A stretch of 64,000 bases of DNA from Thermofilaceae archaeon (GCA_038861545.1 JAWCCZ010000001.1:416001-480000), one strand, 5' to 3'; positions 9,859 to 20,179 are shown, numbered from the stretch's first letter. The notes: generated from the sequence alone by a model not told the origin. Numbers and translations are program-made.

Positions 9859-10847
9859 TGTTCCTCCCCCTCGAACGTGTAATCGACATACTGCAACGTT
9901 AAGTAGCTTGGAATACAGCTGCTCGACAAGCCCGACCCGTAGTATTTCGTTTCCTCAACGCCTAGAATTATGTGCCTAGCGCTGTAGACTCCTACATTCG
10001 GCTGTAAACCGTCGAGCATGTCTACATCTACCCATCCGAAGGGAATCACGTAAACCTGAGGCCATATATGCCCACCCCAGTGCTCCAGTATTCTGTCTCC
10101 CTCGAGCTCCATCGTCGTCATGTTTAGCCAATAGGTATCATGGTAGCTTTCCAGCAATAACCCGTACGCGGTTCGAGCCGGTAGCCCTAGGATCCTAGCC
10201 ATGGTCACGTACACGTCTGCCACCTCCACGCAATCGCCGGTGATGGAGTAATCCCACCACCAGGAGACGGCGTGGTCGCTGCCCAACCGTCCGAAGTTCA
10301 CCTTATAGTTAACTTTCTGTACAACCCATTCGGCCAGCTTTCTCGCGATTTCGAGCGGCCTATCCGCAAACGCGGTTTTATATGCTAACTCAATGAGTGT
10401 GCTGTTATAAATGTTCCAGTATCCTGTGGAAGACGTATACTTTCTTACGAGATCCAAGGGGGGCCATTCCCCCGAATGCATTTCCTCGTTTATAGAGTAA
10501 GCCTTAACTTCGACAACATAAGTCGCGTTAATCCAAACCCGTGCACCTGGCTCCGCAGCGATTTGAACAACCGTGTACACATTACCGTCATCGTCTCTCA
10601 GGAATTGGATAGGCTGAGGACTCATTGAAACCACTCTGCTGGTTTGAAAAGTAGTGTTTTGGGGCAACGAAACGTAAACGTAGTCAGTGACTGTGAAATT
10701 ATTACTATTTACCAGGAGGAAGCGCGCCCTAATTTGGTAAATAACCGTTGTTTTAACAGTATGGGTTTCAACTGCCGTCGGAGAGCACGCTAGTGGAAAT
10801 AGGAAACTAACCACAACGATGCCTGAAATCAGCACAGATATTTTCAT
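9855..10847 (-). CDS. exported transglutaminase-like (papain-fold) protein
   Basis: GDCVE...ARILGLPAR, GHIW and W..VD give an intact Cys-His-Asp triad; hydrophobic N-terminus from MKISVL. Confidence 0.85.
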   Translation of the reverse strand: MKISVLISGIVVVSFLFPLACSPTAVETHTVKTTVIYQIRARFLLVNSNNFTVTDYVYVSLPQNTTFQTSRVVSMSPQPIQFLRDDDGNVYTVVQIAAEPGARVWINATYVVEVKAYSINEEMHSGEWPPLDLVRKYTSSTGYWNIYNSTLIELAYKTAFADRPLEIARKLAEWVVQKVNYKVNFGRLGSDHAVSWWWDYSITGDCVEVADVYVTMARILGLPARTAYGLLLESYHDTYWLNMTTMELEGDRILEHWGGHIWPQVYVIPFGWVDVDMLDGLQPNVGVYSARHIILGVEETKYYGSGLSSSCIPSYLTLQYVDYTFEGEEQ

Positions 10848-10994
10848 CAGTATCTTCTCGATGATAGGTTTAACTGCAATATATTTTTGATGCACTCTTG
10901 GTTCGCAATTAACGACTAGGCTAGGTAGCGGAGACATAAACCCCGGTGAAATCCATAAATGCCGTAAATTCTTAGTTGAAAAAAGGTCCTCGCG

Positions 10995-12011
10995 TTAAGC
11001 CTGGAACGCTTTCAGCTTCAATGCATCACCGATGAAGAGTTCCTCCCACCTATGGCAAGCAACTAGATGAGACTTTGCCGCCTCGGCTAGTTCCGGTTCT
11101 TCTGTTCTGCATTTTTCCTTTGCGTACGGGCATCTAGGGTGGAAGCGGCAACCCGGAGGCGGGTTGATTGGACTTGCCACTTCTCCCTCGAGAGTTACTT
11201 TCACTCTGTTTCTCTTCTTGGGGTCTGGGAGTGGTACAGAGGAGAAGAGGGCCGCTGTGTAGGGGTGCAGAGGTGTAGCGAATAGCTCTTTTCGGGGAGC
11301 TACTTCAACGAGCTTACCCAAGTACATAACTCCTACGCAGTCGCTCATATACTCTACAACCAAAATGTTATGGGAGATGAACAAGTAGGTTAGCGAATAC
11401 TTTGATTGAAGCTCCTTGAGGAGCCTCAAGATTCTGGCCTGAACAGATACATCTAAGGATGACGTGGGCTCGTCTAGGATCAGGAATTTAGGACGCAAGG
11501 CTAAGGCTCTCGCAATAGCAACGCGTTGCCTTTGACCCCCGCTCAGCTCGTGCGGGTACCTATCTAAATACTCGGTTCCTAAGCCCACCTCGCCTAGGGC
11601 TTCCACAACCTTCTCTTTAACTTCCGAATCGTTTAGATTGAAGTGGAATTTTACTGGTTCACCGACGATTTCCCTTATCCGCATGCGTGGGTGTAACGAA
11701 GTGTAAGGATCTTGGAAAACTATCTGCATATGCCGCCTAAGCTCACGCAATTTTTCCCCGTTTAACGCGGTTACATCGATACTATCGAAGTGTATTCTGC
11801 CGTTGTCGGGCTCTACAAGGCGGAGAACAACTCTGGCTAAAGTGGACTTACCGCAGCCGGATTCGCCGACAAGGCCAAAGGTGCTTCCTTTCTCGATACT
11901 GAACGTCACTCCATCGACGGCTTTCAAGTAGCCAATTACTCTACGGAAGATGCCAGCTTTTACTGGATAATACTTTCGTAGCTGTTCAACTTTGACAAGC
12001 TCGTTCGGCAT
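10995..12011 (-). CDS. dppF: dipeptide/oligopeptide ABC transporter ATPase
   Basis: GESGCGKS Walker A, LSGGQRQR, DEPT, C-terminal GCRFHPRC domain. Confidence 0.95.
   Translation of the reverse strand: MPNELVKVEQLRKYYPVKAGIFRRVIGYLKAVDGVTFSIEKGSTFGLVGESGCGKSTLARVVLRLVEPDNGRIHFDSIDVTALNGEKLRELRRHMQIVFQDPYTSLHPRMRIREIVGEPVKFHFNLNDSEVKEKVVEALGEVGLGTEYLDRYPHELSGGQRQRVAIARALALRPKFLILDEPTSSLDVSVQARILRLLKELQSKYSLTYLFISHNILVVEYMSDCVGVMYLGKLVEVAPRKELFATPLHPYTAALFSSVPLPDPKKRNRVKVTLEGEVASPINPPPGCRFHPRCPYAKEKCRTEEPELAEAAKSHLVACHRWEELFIGDALKLKAFQA
11090..11165. repeat. 76-bp exact repeat, copy 1 (in dppF; copy 2 at 12078-12153)
   Basis: Direct base-by-base comparison of the two tracts. Confidence 0.95.
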
Positions 12012-12987
12012 GTAAGCTCACCTTCTCCGAACTGTACAGGTGGCAAACTACAACCCTGCCCGGCTTAACTTCAATGGGTTCCGGTTCTTCTGTTCTGCAT
12101 TTTTCCTTTGCGTACGGGCATCTAGGGTGGAAGCGGCAACCCGGAGGCGGGTTCTCCAGGTTGGGGGGTTCACCATCGATTCCTCGCAAGCTTTCCCCAG
12201 CTTTCGGTATGGCTGAAAGGAGCCCTTCACTGTAAGGGTGTAAAGGCTCTTCGAACACTTCATATACGTCTCCGATTTCAGCTATCTTTCCCGCGTACAT
12301 CACAACGAGCCTATCGCTTACTTCTGCCGCTACTCCCAAGTCATGGGTTATGAATAGCGCTGTGGTGTTAAACTGTTTAACCATCCTGTTAATTAATTCT
12401 AAAATTTGAGCTTGAACGCTAACATCTAACGCGGAAGTCGGCTCATCAGCTATTAGAAGCTTCGGCTTGAGGAGAAGCGCCATAGCTATCATCACGCGCT
12501 GGGCCATGCCTCCGCTCAGCTCGTGCGGGTACCTATCTAATAGGTTATCAGCATCCGGCAGGCCAACCTTGTTCAGCATCTCGATTACAGCCTTATATGC
12601 TTCATCCCCAGAAGCCCTGGTGTGAGCCTCTATAGCCTCCCTTAGCTGGAAACCTATCGTTAAAAGAGGGTTAAGCGCAGCTTTCGGCTCTTGGAAAATC
12701 ATTGCTATTTCCTTTCCTCTAATACTGCACATCTCCATTTCACTCAGCTTTAGAAGGTTCAGACCATTGTAGAAGACAGCGCCTTTGACTGTACACGTGT
12801 CGGAGGGGAGGAGCCGCATGACAGCTAGCGCGACTGTGCTTTTCCCTGAGCCCGTTTCTCCCACCAAGCTCACTATTTCGCCACTTTTCAACGAGAAAGA
12901 AACTCTCTCCAAGGCTCGTATAACGCCATTCCTAGATCGATAGTGGACAGTTAAAGAGTCTACCCTAAGCAGAACATCGTTTCTCAT
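11986..12987 (-). CDS. dppD: dipeptide/oligopeptide ABC transporter ATPase
   Basis: GETGSGKS, LSGGMAQR, DEPT; start at MRNDV overlapping the dppC stop. Confidence 0.95.
   Translation of the reverse strand: MRNDVLLRVDSLTVHYRSRNGVIRALERVSFSLKSGEIVSLVGETGSGKSTVALAVMRLLPSDTCTVKGAVFYNGLNLLKLSEMEMCSIRGKEIAMIFQEPKAALNPLLTIGFQLREAIEAHTRASGDEAYKAVIEMLNKVGLPDADNLLDRYPHELSGGMAQRVMIAMALLLKPKLLIADEPTSALDVSVQAQILELINRMVKQFNTTALFITHDLGVAAEVSDRLVVMYAGKIAEIGDVYEVFEEPLHPYSEGLLSAIPKAGESLRGIDGEPPNLENPPPGCRFHPRCPYAKEKCRTEEPEPIEVKPGRVVVCHLYSSEKVSLHAERACQS
12078..12153. repeat. 76-bp exact repeat, copy 2 (in dppD)
   Basis: Identical to 11090-11165. Confidence 0.95.
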
Positions 12988-13829
12988 TTCAGCTTCACCT
13001 CTAATACATCTCGTAAGGAGTCGCCCAGCAGGTTGAAACCTAAGGCGGAAGCCATAATGGCTAAACCCGGGAGAGTAGATACCCACCAGTGCGTAGCTAT
13101 GTAAAGTCTACCCTCGCTGACCATAAGCCCCCACTCAGGTGTTGGTGGAGCGGCTCCAAGTCCAAGGAACCCGAGCCCCGCGTTAAGCAGCACAACTCCC
13201 CCAAAGTCCAGAGTGGCTTGGACGATTACTGCGTGCGCTACCATCGGTAAAACGTGTTTGAGTATTATGCGAGCATCGTTTAGGCCAAGCGCCTTAGCGG
13301 CTTCTATGTAAACTTCTCCTTTCACCTGCAAAGTGCAGGCCCGAACCAGCCTAGCGTAAACCGGCCATGAAACAACCGCTATAGCCAGCATGGCGTTTAA
13401 AAGGCCGGGTCCTATAGCAGCGCCTACAGCCATAGCGAGTATCAACCGGGGGAATGCGAAGAACACGTCGGTTACTCGCATTAAAGTCTCATCTACTAAT
13501 CCACCGAAATATCCGGCTGTGAGCCCCAGCAGAAGCCCAAGCGTAGCAGATAGTGAAATAACTAGGATCGCAGCCGCTAGTGATATCCTGCAGCCGTAGA
13601 GTATCCTACTCAGAATATCTCTGCCTAGGTGATCCGTCCCTAGAGGGTACTTCGCGCTTGGCGGCTGCAGCCGGTCGCTCATTACTTGTTTATAAGGGTC
13701 GTAGGGCGCCAGCAGAGGTCCTATAGCGGCTAGTAAGCAGATGCTTAGAATTATCGCAGAACCGACTATTCCTCCTGGGTTTGACATAACCTTCCGCGTA
13801 ACGTTCAACAATCCTGTAAGGGAAGCCAT
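12984..13829 (-). CDS. dppC: dipeptide/oligopeptide ABC permease
   Basis: LGTDHLGRD, EAAKALG (EAA loop), PPTPEWG. Confidence 0.95.
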   Translation of the reverse strand: MASLTGLLNVTRKVMSNPGGIVGSAIILSICLLAAIGPLLAPYDPYKQVMSDRLQPPSAKYPLGTDHLGRDILSRILYGCRISLAAAILVISLSATLGLLLGLTAGYFGGLVDETLMRVTDVFFAFPRLILAMAVGAAIGPGLLNAMLAIAVVSWPVYARLVRACTLQVKGEVYIEAAKALGLNDARIILKHVLPMVAHAVIVQATLDFGGVVLLNAGLGFLGLGAAPPTPEWGLMVSEGRLYIATHWWVSTLPGLAIMASALGFNLLGDSLRDVLEVKLK

Positions 13830-13833
13830 CCTA

Positions 13834-14853
13834 TCACCCGTATCTGATGCGCGGATCTAAGTACGCGTAAACTAAGTCGACTGCCAGGTTGGTGAGCGAG
13901 TAGATGATAGCTACAAATATTGTAACACCGGTTACAGCCATGTAATCTAGGCAGAGGAACGCGTTAGTCGAGTACCTGCCTAATCCTGACCATGCGAATA
14001 TTGTTTCCGTCATCACAGCACCCTCCAGTAAACCGCCGTAAGTTACGCCGATTACGGTCACTACCGGTACCATAGCGTTTCTTAGTACATGCCTTAATAC
14101 GAGAAGCCTCTCAATAAGGCCTTTAGCTCTAGCAGCCCTAACGTGTTCGCCCCCCAGCACCTCCAAGGTGCTTGACCTAGTTATGCGGGCAATCCCGGCA
14201 GCGGCATTCCATCCTAAAACGGTGGCCGGCATAATTAAATGGCTCAGCGAGTTGAGAAAGGCATCAAGCCTTCCGGCTATTAAGCTGTCAACAGTCATCA
14301 TACCAGTAACTCTTGGAGGGGGTGGGATGCTGGTATCTAACCTCCCAGGACCAGGTAGCCAGCCTAGGCGGTGGTAGAACACCATCAGCATCAGTAAACC
14401 AAGCCAGAATACAGGCATAGAGGAACCGATGGTCACGAACACGCGGACAGCCTGGTCCAGCCAAGACCCCCTTTTAAGCGCCGAGAGAACACCTAAAGGT
14501 ACACCTAAGCCCACACTTACCAGAAGCGCTGCTGTAGCCAGCTCGACGGTCGCTGGGAAGAATTCAAGCAAATCTTGGGTAACAGGCCTTCCAGTTCTGA
14601 TAGACCTACCGAGGTCTCCTCGAAGCACTCCCAGCGTATAATCGGCGAACTGTTCGTAGATAGGTTTGTCGAACCCCCACTCGCGCCTGATCTTATCCAC
14701 GAGCTCGGGAGGTGCCTGGGGGCCGAGGATAGCCCCTACGGGGTCGGCCGGTATGACGCGAGAAACGATGAACGTCAATACCAGAGCACCGAACAGAACG
14801 GGGAAAGCAAGGATTAACCTTCGAACAATATACGCACTTAAACTCATGAGCAT
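13834..14853 (-). CDS. dppB: dipeptide/oligopeptide ABC permease
   Basis: GDLGRS, ARAKGL, ETIFAWSGLG, LDPRIR. Confidence 0.95.
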   Translation of the reverse strand: MLMSLSAYIVRRLILAFPVLFGALVLTFIVSRVIPADPVGAILGPQAPPELVDKIRREWGFDKPIYEQFADYTLGVLRGDLGRSIRTGRPVTQDLLEFFPATVELATAALLVSVGLGVPLGVLSALKRGSWLDQAVRVFVTIGSSMPVFWLGLLMLMVFYHRLGWLPGPGRLDTSIPPPPRVTGMMTVDSLIAGRLDAFLNSLSHLIMPATVLGWNAAAGIARITRSSTLEVLGGEHVRAARAKGLIERLLVLRHVLRNAMVPVVTVIGVTYGGLLEGAVMTETIFAWSGLGRYSTNAFLCLDYMAVTGVTIFVAIIYSLTNLAVDLVYAYLDPRIRYG

Positions 14854-14886
14854 CCACCAGGAAAAAAGGTTAAAGATAAGAGGGGG

Positions 14887-16521
14887 TCATCCATAGACTT
14901 TCTCTTTATAGACCCTCCATAGATCCGGAAGCAGTGACATCGGATCTAGGGTGAACCCCTCTACCCAAGTCCTCAAAGCCAGTATTTCAACGTTTTGATA
15001 TAGAATAGCATAGGGACCCTTATCTACCACATACTCCGTTAGCTCCTTGTATAACGCCAGCCTTTTCTCCCAATTCATTTCCTGCGCTGCCATTTCAGTT
15101 AAGTTAGCCGCGTAGTCATCGTACCAAACGTTGCGCCATGCAAGCTGCCTAGCACGATAGTTTGCGAAAGGTTTAGCTAAAGCGTCAGGGTCTGGGTAAT
15201 CAGCTCCCCATCCAGCCAAAATAAGCTGATGCGCTTGTTGCCTGTATATTTTATACATCTCAGCTGATGTGATTAAGCGGAGGTTGACTTTAATCCCGAT
15301 TTCCTCCAAGTTCTCCTTAATTATCGCGGCTATATCCCTAGCCGGGTACGCTGTAGACGCCAGCATCTCCACTTCAAAGCCGTTCGGGTATCCGGCCTCT
15401 GCTAATAATTGTTTAGCTTTTCCTAGGTCCCTGTAATAAGGCATAAGCGGGTTGTAGCCGGGTATACCTTTATCAATGAACGTTTGAAGCGGCGTCGCTT
15501 GATCCCCTAAGAATCTGAGGATAGCCTCGTAATCGATAGCCCACCTGACCGCATCCCTTACTCTCTCGTCCTTAAAAGGCTCAAAGTTGACGTTCATGGC
15601 TAAATACTCTTTCGTGAAGACGGGAGATGTAGCTATTCTGATCCCTACGACATCTCTAACCCTCCCGACAAGCTCTGTAGTAAGCCCCCACGCTATATCG
15701 ATGTCGCCCCTTTCCAGCATGAGAACTCGGTTAATAGGCTCAGCTACATGCTTGATAACTATGCGTTTCACTCGAGGCTTCTCCCTCCAATAGTTCTCGT
15801 TAGCAATTAGAACAACCTCCGCTTCTCTCTCCCATTTCTCCAGTATGAATGGTCCAGAGCCCGCGGAGTGATCCTTTAACCATTCACTGCCCATGTCACC
15901 CTCTTTCTCATTGGCTAGAACTACGCTCGGGTTAACAACTCCGCTAGTCGTGAAAGCTAAGCACGAGAGGAATATTTGAGGTGCGACTTTTTGACCTAGC
16001 TTGATGTGGATAGTGTAATCATCAACCTTTTCAATACTATCCTCAGTTATACCGAACTGTGTAATCAGCCATGATGGTGTCTTAGCCAGCTTAACTACCC
16101 TCTTCAGGGAAAATGCAACGGCGTCGGCGTTAAGGGGAGATCCGTCGGCGAACGTTACTCCTTTCCTTATACGGAAAATCCATGTAAGGCCGTCGGCGCT
16201 AACCTCCCACGATTCAGCTATCTCAGGAGTTACCTCCATCTGTCCAGTCGAAGGGTTCCATGAGAGCTCCACCAATTTATCGTACAGCTGGTTCACGATC
16301 ATACATCCCTCCAGTTCGTATGCTTCAGCAGGGTCTAGTGATATTATCACGGAGATATCAGTACCCATCACCAACGTGTCGGGGTCGGTCAAAGGTTTCA
16401 GCTGCGGGGCTTGAAGGCGTGTCAAGAAGTAGGCCCAAGATGCAGCTAAGAGAATTAAAGTTACAAAAATAATAATCATGTACATACTAATTTTCCTTGA
16501 AGTACTACGGGGTTTATCCAT
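14887..16521 (-). CDS. ABC substrate-binding protein, family 5 (peptide/nickel), membrane-anchored
   Basis: SLDPA, AESWEVS.DG, GSGPF, D.RVR.A motifs; N-terminal TM. Confidence 0.93.
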   Translation of the reverse strand: MDKPRSTSRKISMYMIIIFVTLILLAASWAYFLTRLQAPQLKPLTDPDTLVMGTDISVIISLDPAEAYELEGCMIVNQLYDKLVELSWNPSTGQMEVTPEIAESWEVSADGLTWIFRIRKGVTFADGSPLNADAVAFSLKRVVKLAKTPSWLITQFGITEDSIEKVDDYTIHIKLGQKVAPQIFLSCLAFTTSGVVNPSVVLANEKEGDMGSEWLKDHSAGSGPFILEKWEREAEVVLIANENYWREKPRVKRIVIKHVAEPINRVLMLERGDIDIAWGLTTELVGRVRDVVGIRIATSPVFTKEYLAMNVNFEPFKDERVRDAVRWAIDYEAILRFLGDQATPLQTFIDKGIPGYNPLMPYYRDLGKAKQLLAEAGYPNGFEVEMLASTAYPARDIAAIIKENLEEIGIKVNLRLITSAEMYKIYRQQAHQLILAGWGADYPDPDALAKPFANYRARQLAWRNVWYDDYAANLTEMAAQEMNWEKRLALYKELTEYVVDKGPYAILYQNVEILALRTWVEGFTLDPMSLLPDLWRVYKEKVYG

Positions 16522-16858
16522 TCTAACCGTAGGGTAATACAGGTGGCCTATTTAAACATTTTTCATCTTTAAGGATAGCGTTTAAGCTGAATTTCGGTAA
16601 ATGTTAAAGATCAAGCTTACGTAAATCTCGCCTTTAAGAGCGATAACTTGCTCCGGGCAGCGTACCAGGCGCTCGAAAAGTTCCCATCATCTACTTTTCT
16701 TATGCAACAGGTGGAGCCTTCACACCAGCTAGCCGTATTTCTCATACTTTCTACTATAGCCATACCAGCAGAATACTGAATTCATATTCTATTGGTATAG
16801 ACCTGGAAAGGAAAAAGTGAAATCCCAGCCTGTACCATAGAAGTTTTCAGAGGCTTAA

Positions 16859-17617
16859 ATGCCAGCTACTACTCGGATAAACAGCAGCTTCAAGGTTGAA
16901 GATACAAGATCCTGGGTGTTAGCTGCACCTAGGCTGCGTCTAGCTAGGCTATGGCTTGCCGAGAAGCTGGCAGAGTTAGCTGACAGGTTAGAGGGTGTGA
17001 TGCTACCGTACTCATTCGAATTAATGCAGCATGTAAGGAGCTACGTTAAAGGGTCGATACGCTGGGAAGAGCTGATACAAGCTGCGGTAAGCCTCGGGTT
17101 GACGAACGTAAACTCCTGGGTTTACATCGAAGAACCCCTCCTAAGGATGCTGAGGACTTTAAACACGCAAGGGATTTCCCTGAAAATAAAGTGCTACGGG
17201 CCAAGCGTAAGAGAGGAAGCAGAACTCACATGGGAGTTGTTGAAGCTGCTAATCAACGCGAGGCTTAGAAGCGTTATCGACTTAGAGGCTTGGAGGAGAG
17301 TCCTACCGTCTTTACCGGTGCCCGTTGAGGAAGGTTACGCAACGGTAACTTCGAGGAAAGTTGAAGGAGGCAACGTGCTACACTGGCACCACCCCTTCCC
17401 GCCGAGCGAGGAGATCACAGCGGATAGCTTAACTCTAGAGTCCCTAAAGGAGTACATCGATTACTTGTTCAAGTACGTTATGTTGTCGAGTAATGTCGAT
17501 GAAGCTTACCTGAAATGGCTAGAGAGCCGCGAAGGGCAGAGCGAGAGGTTACAACAATTACGGTCTCTAGCTGAATCGCTTGGTATAACGCGCTATAACT
17601 CAGGAGTCTCTGCCTGA
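16859..17617 (+). CDS. hypothetical protein
   Basis: 252-aa ORF with typical codon usage; no recognised motif. Confidence 0.7.
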   Translation: MPATTRINSSFKVEDTRSWVLAAPRLRLARLWLAEKLAELADRLEGVMLPYSFELMQHVRSYVKGSIRWEELIQAAVSLGLTNVNSWVYIEEPLLRMLRTLNTQGISLKIKCYGPSVREEAELTWELLKLLINARLRSVIDLEAWRRVLPSLPVPVEEGYATVTSRKVEGGNVLHWHHPFPPSEEITADSLTLESLKEYIDYLFKYVMLSSNVDEAYLKWLESREGQSERLQQLRSLAESLGITRYNSGVSA

Positions 17618-17720
17618 GTGATCAATGCTGGCCTTTCAGCGAAAGGTGTGTCAAACTGAGTGCTTTTGCTTAGCTATGGAAGAGCATTTTAAATAAGAGA
17701 ATAGTGAGGTTGCGAGAACC

Positions 17721-18407
17721 TTGGATAAGCTTCACTTAGTATTCGTAGAAGCTGGCCTCGAGCTAACGCCTAAAGAGCTTTGGAGGCACCCGGCGGTAAG
17801 GAAATCAGCTGAGCGAAGGGGAAAGAGGCCCAGCGAAATACTGCTTGACGTATCGTTTCACCGCCCCGCGATGCTGAGCCTGAAGGATGCAGAGAAGAGG
17901 GGGCGTCCGGACATAGCTCACTTCTGTGCTCTACTAGCGCTAGGCTCGCTTCTTAACAAGTTCAGCCTACTTACACTGCACCTGCACACTTATGAAAATA
18001 AGGTCATTGAAGTCGCCCCACGGACGAGATTACCGAGGAATTACAACAGATTTGTAAGCTTGATAGAACAGCTACTCGTGGAAGGCAGCGTTCCCCCGAA
18101 CTCCGACGAGCCGCTTCTAAGAGCCAAGCCAGTAGAGCTCAAGGAGTTAATTAACCGGTTAAAGCCTAGCAAGGTTTTCCTACTAAGCGAAAAAGGGGTT
18201 AGGATGAGGGCTGACGAGCTGGCTAAGAAGATTGTTGGGGAAAGAGGGCCAGCTGTACTCATAGGTTGTTTCCAAGCCGGTGATTTCCGGAGCACGGTAT
18301 ACGAGCTAGCTCACGAAGTTGTAGCTATTTCGCAACTACCCCTCGACGCGTGGAACGTTACAGCTAAAGTGCTATCTTCTGTGGAGGACGTTCTAGGATT
18401 GCTTTGA
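17721..18407 (+). CDS. nep1: 16S rRNA pseudouridine N1-methyltransferase Nep1/Emg1 (SPOUT)
   Basis: LLD.S.H, RGRPDI.H, R.PRNYNRF..L.EQL, IG.F..GDF motifs. Confidence 0.93.
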   Translation: MDKLHLVFVEAGLELTPKELWRHPAVRKSAERRGKRPSEILLDVSFHRPAMLSLKDAEKRGRPDIAHFCALLALGSLLNKFSLLTLHLHTYENKVIEVAPRTRLPRNYNRFVSLIEQLLVEGSVPPNSDEPLLRAKPVELKELINRLKPSKVFLLSEKGVRMRADELAKKIVGERGPAVLIGCFQAGDFRSTVYELAHEVVAISQLPLDAWNVTAKVLSSVEDVLGLL

Positions 18408-18436
18408 GAACTGGCGTTAAAACAAAATCGGTTTTC

Positions 18437-20179
18437 CTACTCGATTTTGTAAACCAAGTGGGAGTGGGGCATCAGCGCTGTTTGGAAAATAGTCCTATTC
18501 TCTTCTCTAATAGTGTAGACGAATTCTCTAAAGTACCTTTCAGCTCTTGGCAAAGCATTACTCAGCTTCGCATCCCTCTTTTTAACCACGATCTCAAGTC
18601 GAGTTGCGTGAGGTAGGAAGGACTTAACGATAAAGGTTCTGTTATCGTATAGGAAGAGGCAAATCTTGCTAGGGGAGTCAAGCACGACTTCAAATTCCCT
18701 CATGAATATTTCACGCATAACCCGGAGAACCTCTTTCGGTAAGTGGTACAAGTCGCTGAAATTATCTGGAACAGAAAGCACGTAAATCGTTCCCTCATCG
18801 TATCGAGCTTGGAGTAAAAGCGGGTATCCGTTTGAACCGCTCAGCCCGGAGACTAGCTCCCACGCATCATTAGTATAGTACTTTAACTCAGGCACAACTA
18901 TTTCTCTGCGTGCTCTGTAGCTGTCCATGAAAAGCATGAATTCCTTTACCGGTATTTTTCTCTCAGTGCAGTCGATTTCGACGATATCCTTGAATCCGTG
19001 ATCCTGCAACGCTTTGAGTAAGCCTGAAGTTACGATCAGGGTCTTCCCCCCGCGCAGGTAGTCTTTGATTTTACCGATAATTTTGGGATCGTGGCACGCG
19101 GATTCGGCTAAAAACACTGTACCGCTGTTTTCGGGGAATCGGGGGGTAAGATCCAAGGGAATGCCTAGCATTCCAATGTAGTTGTGAATAAAGTCCTCAC
19201 CGCTCGAGTTGAAGGGCTTGTAGCTGGGCACACCCACTGGAGCGCCTAGCTTACCCATGAAGAGATCCGTTTCCTCGAAGGCCGTACCTGCCGTTGGAGC
19301 AACATAGCTCACGTATTTTTCCGAACCATCGTCCATCTTTACGGTCTCGAAAAGCGAGCCCCAGCAGTAGAGCGTAATTTCCCTAGGTTTGGCGAACAAA
19401 GTGAGCTGTATTTGCTCCACCCACCTGTCAAGGTGCCCCCTAGCGTACGGATCAACCCAGCCTCCCTCGTTTCTACTGGGACCCGCGTTTTCCAGGTACC
19501 TCATTATAAGATAGCTTTGGTACTCCTGAAGGTGCTGCTGCGTGTACTTTGGGTCCCTCGTTTCCGTACCGGTGTAAATGCTATCGAAGATCTTCGTTTC
19601 AACGTCCAGGTTGTATCCTAGGGCTTGGTAATGCTCGTACCAGTTCGGGTACTTGATGATGAGCTTCAATTTCGGATTGACGGACTTAGCTGGCTTAATT
19701 ATGTAATCCCTAGCCACTTCCTCCAGCCTCCTTAAGCGGTACTCTGTCCAGCTCAGATCTCCTTTAGCCTCCGTGCAGAGCCTGCACCTGCAGTTCGTAA
19801 AGAACCAGTCATCCAGGATTATCTCATCGAAGACTTCGGCGGTGAATAAGACTATATTCTTAAGCATTTCCAGCTCCTGCGGATTAGTATAGCAGAAGGT
19901 CCGGGACAATCCCCCTTCTCTCCTAACGAATGCGATACCCCCTGAAGCTTTTATGCCCTTTTTCTCGAAGAAATCCTTTATATTGAGTAAATCACCTTTC
20001 TTCGGTATCAGGTCGTCCCTATACGTTTCTAAGTATACCTTCTTAAATTTAATATACTTGTTGATGAACCTATAAGTTTCTTCAAGCCACTTGTTATCAG
20101 CCATCTGTAACACATCGCGAACTTGACAGTAGATAGCTACACTAAAATTTCGGTAACCTTCTTCCATGTTCCCCGCCAC
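18437..20179 (-). CDS. uncharacterised putative glycoside-hydrolase-like protein
   Basis: 580 aa soluble; TIM-barrel-like N-half with DEIILDDWFFTNCRCRLC and GTETRD; divergent from a GH78 gene. Confidence 0.6.
   Translation of the reverse strand: MAGNMEEGYRNFSVAIYCQVRDVLQMADNKWLEETYRFINKYIKFKKVYLETYRDDLIPKKGDLLNIKDFFEKKGIKASGGIAFVRREGGLSRTFCYTNPQELEMLKNIVLFTAEVFDEIILDDWFFTNCRCRLCTEAKGDLSWTEYRLRRLEEVARDYIIKPAKSVNPKLKLIIKYPNWYEHYQALGYNLDVETKIFDSIYTGTETRDPKYTQQHLQEYQSYLIMRYLENAGPSRNEGGWVDPYARGHLDRWVEQIQLTLFAKPREITLYCWGSLFETVKMDDGSEKYVSYVAPTAGTAFEETDLFMGKLGAPVGVPSYKPFNSSGEDFIHNYIGMLGIPLDLTPRFPENSGTVFLAESACHDPKIIGKIKDYLRGGKTLIVTSGLLKALQDHGFKDIVEIDCTERKIPVKEFMLFMDSYRARREIVVPELKYYTNDAWELVSGLSGSNGYPLLLQARYDEGTIYVLSVPDNFSDLYHLPKEVLRVMREIFMREFEVVLDSPSKICLFLYDNRTFIVKSFLPHATRLEIVVKKRDAKLSNALPRAERYFREFVYTIREENRTIFQTALMPHSHLVYKIE

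Noticed and set aside
16620-16840. Short minus-strand ORF (MAIVESMRN...) or RNA in the dpp upstream gap
   Set aside because: Under 50 codons, no motif or convincing structure
17618-17660. Possible C/D box sRNA (GTGATCA ... CTGA) before nep1
   Set aside because: Imperfect C box, no clear C'/D' boxes, short spacing and no confident rRNA target
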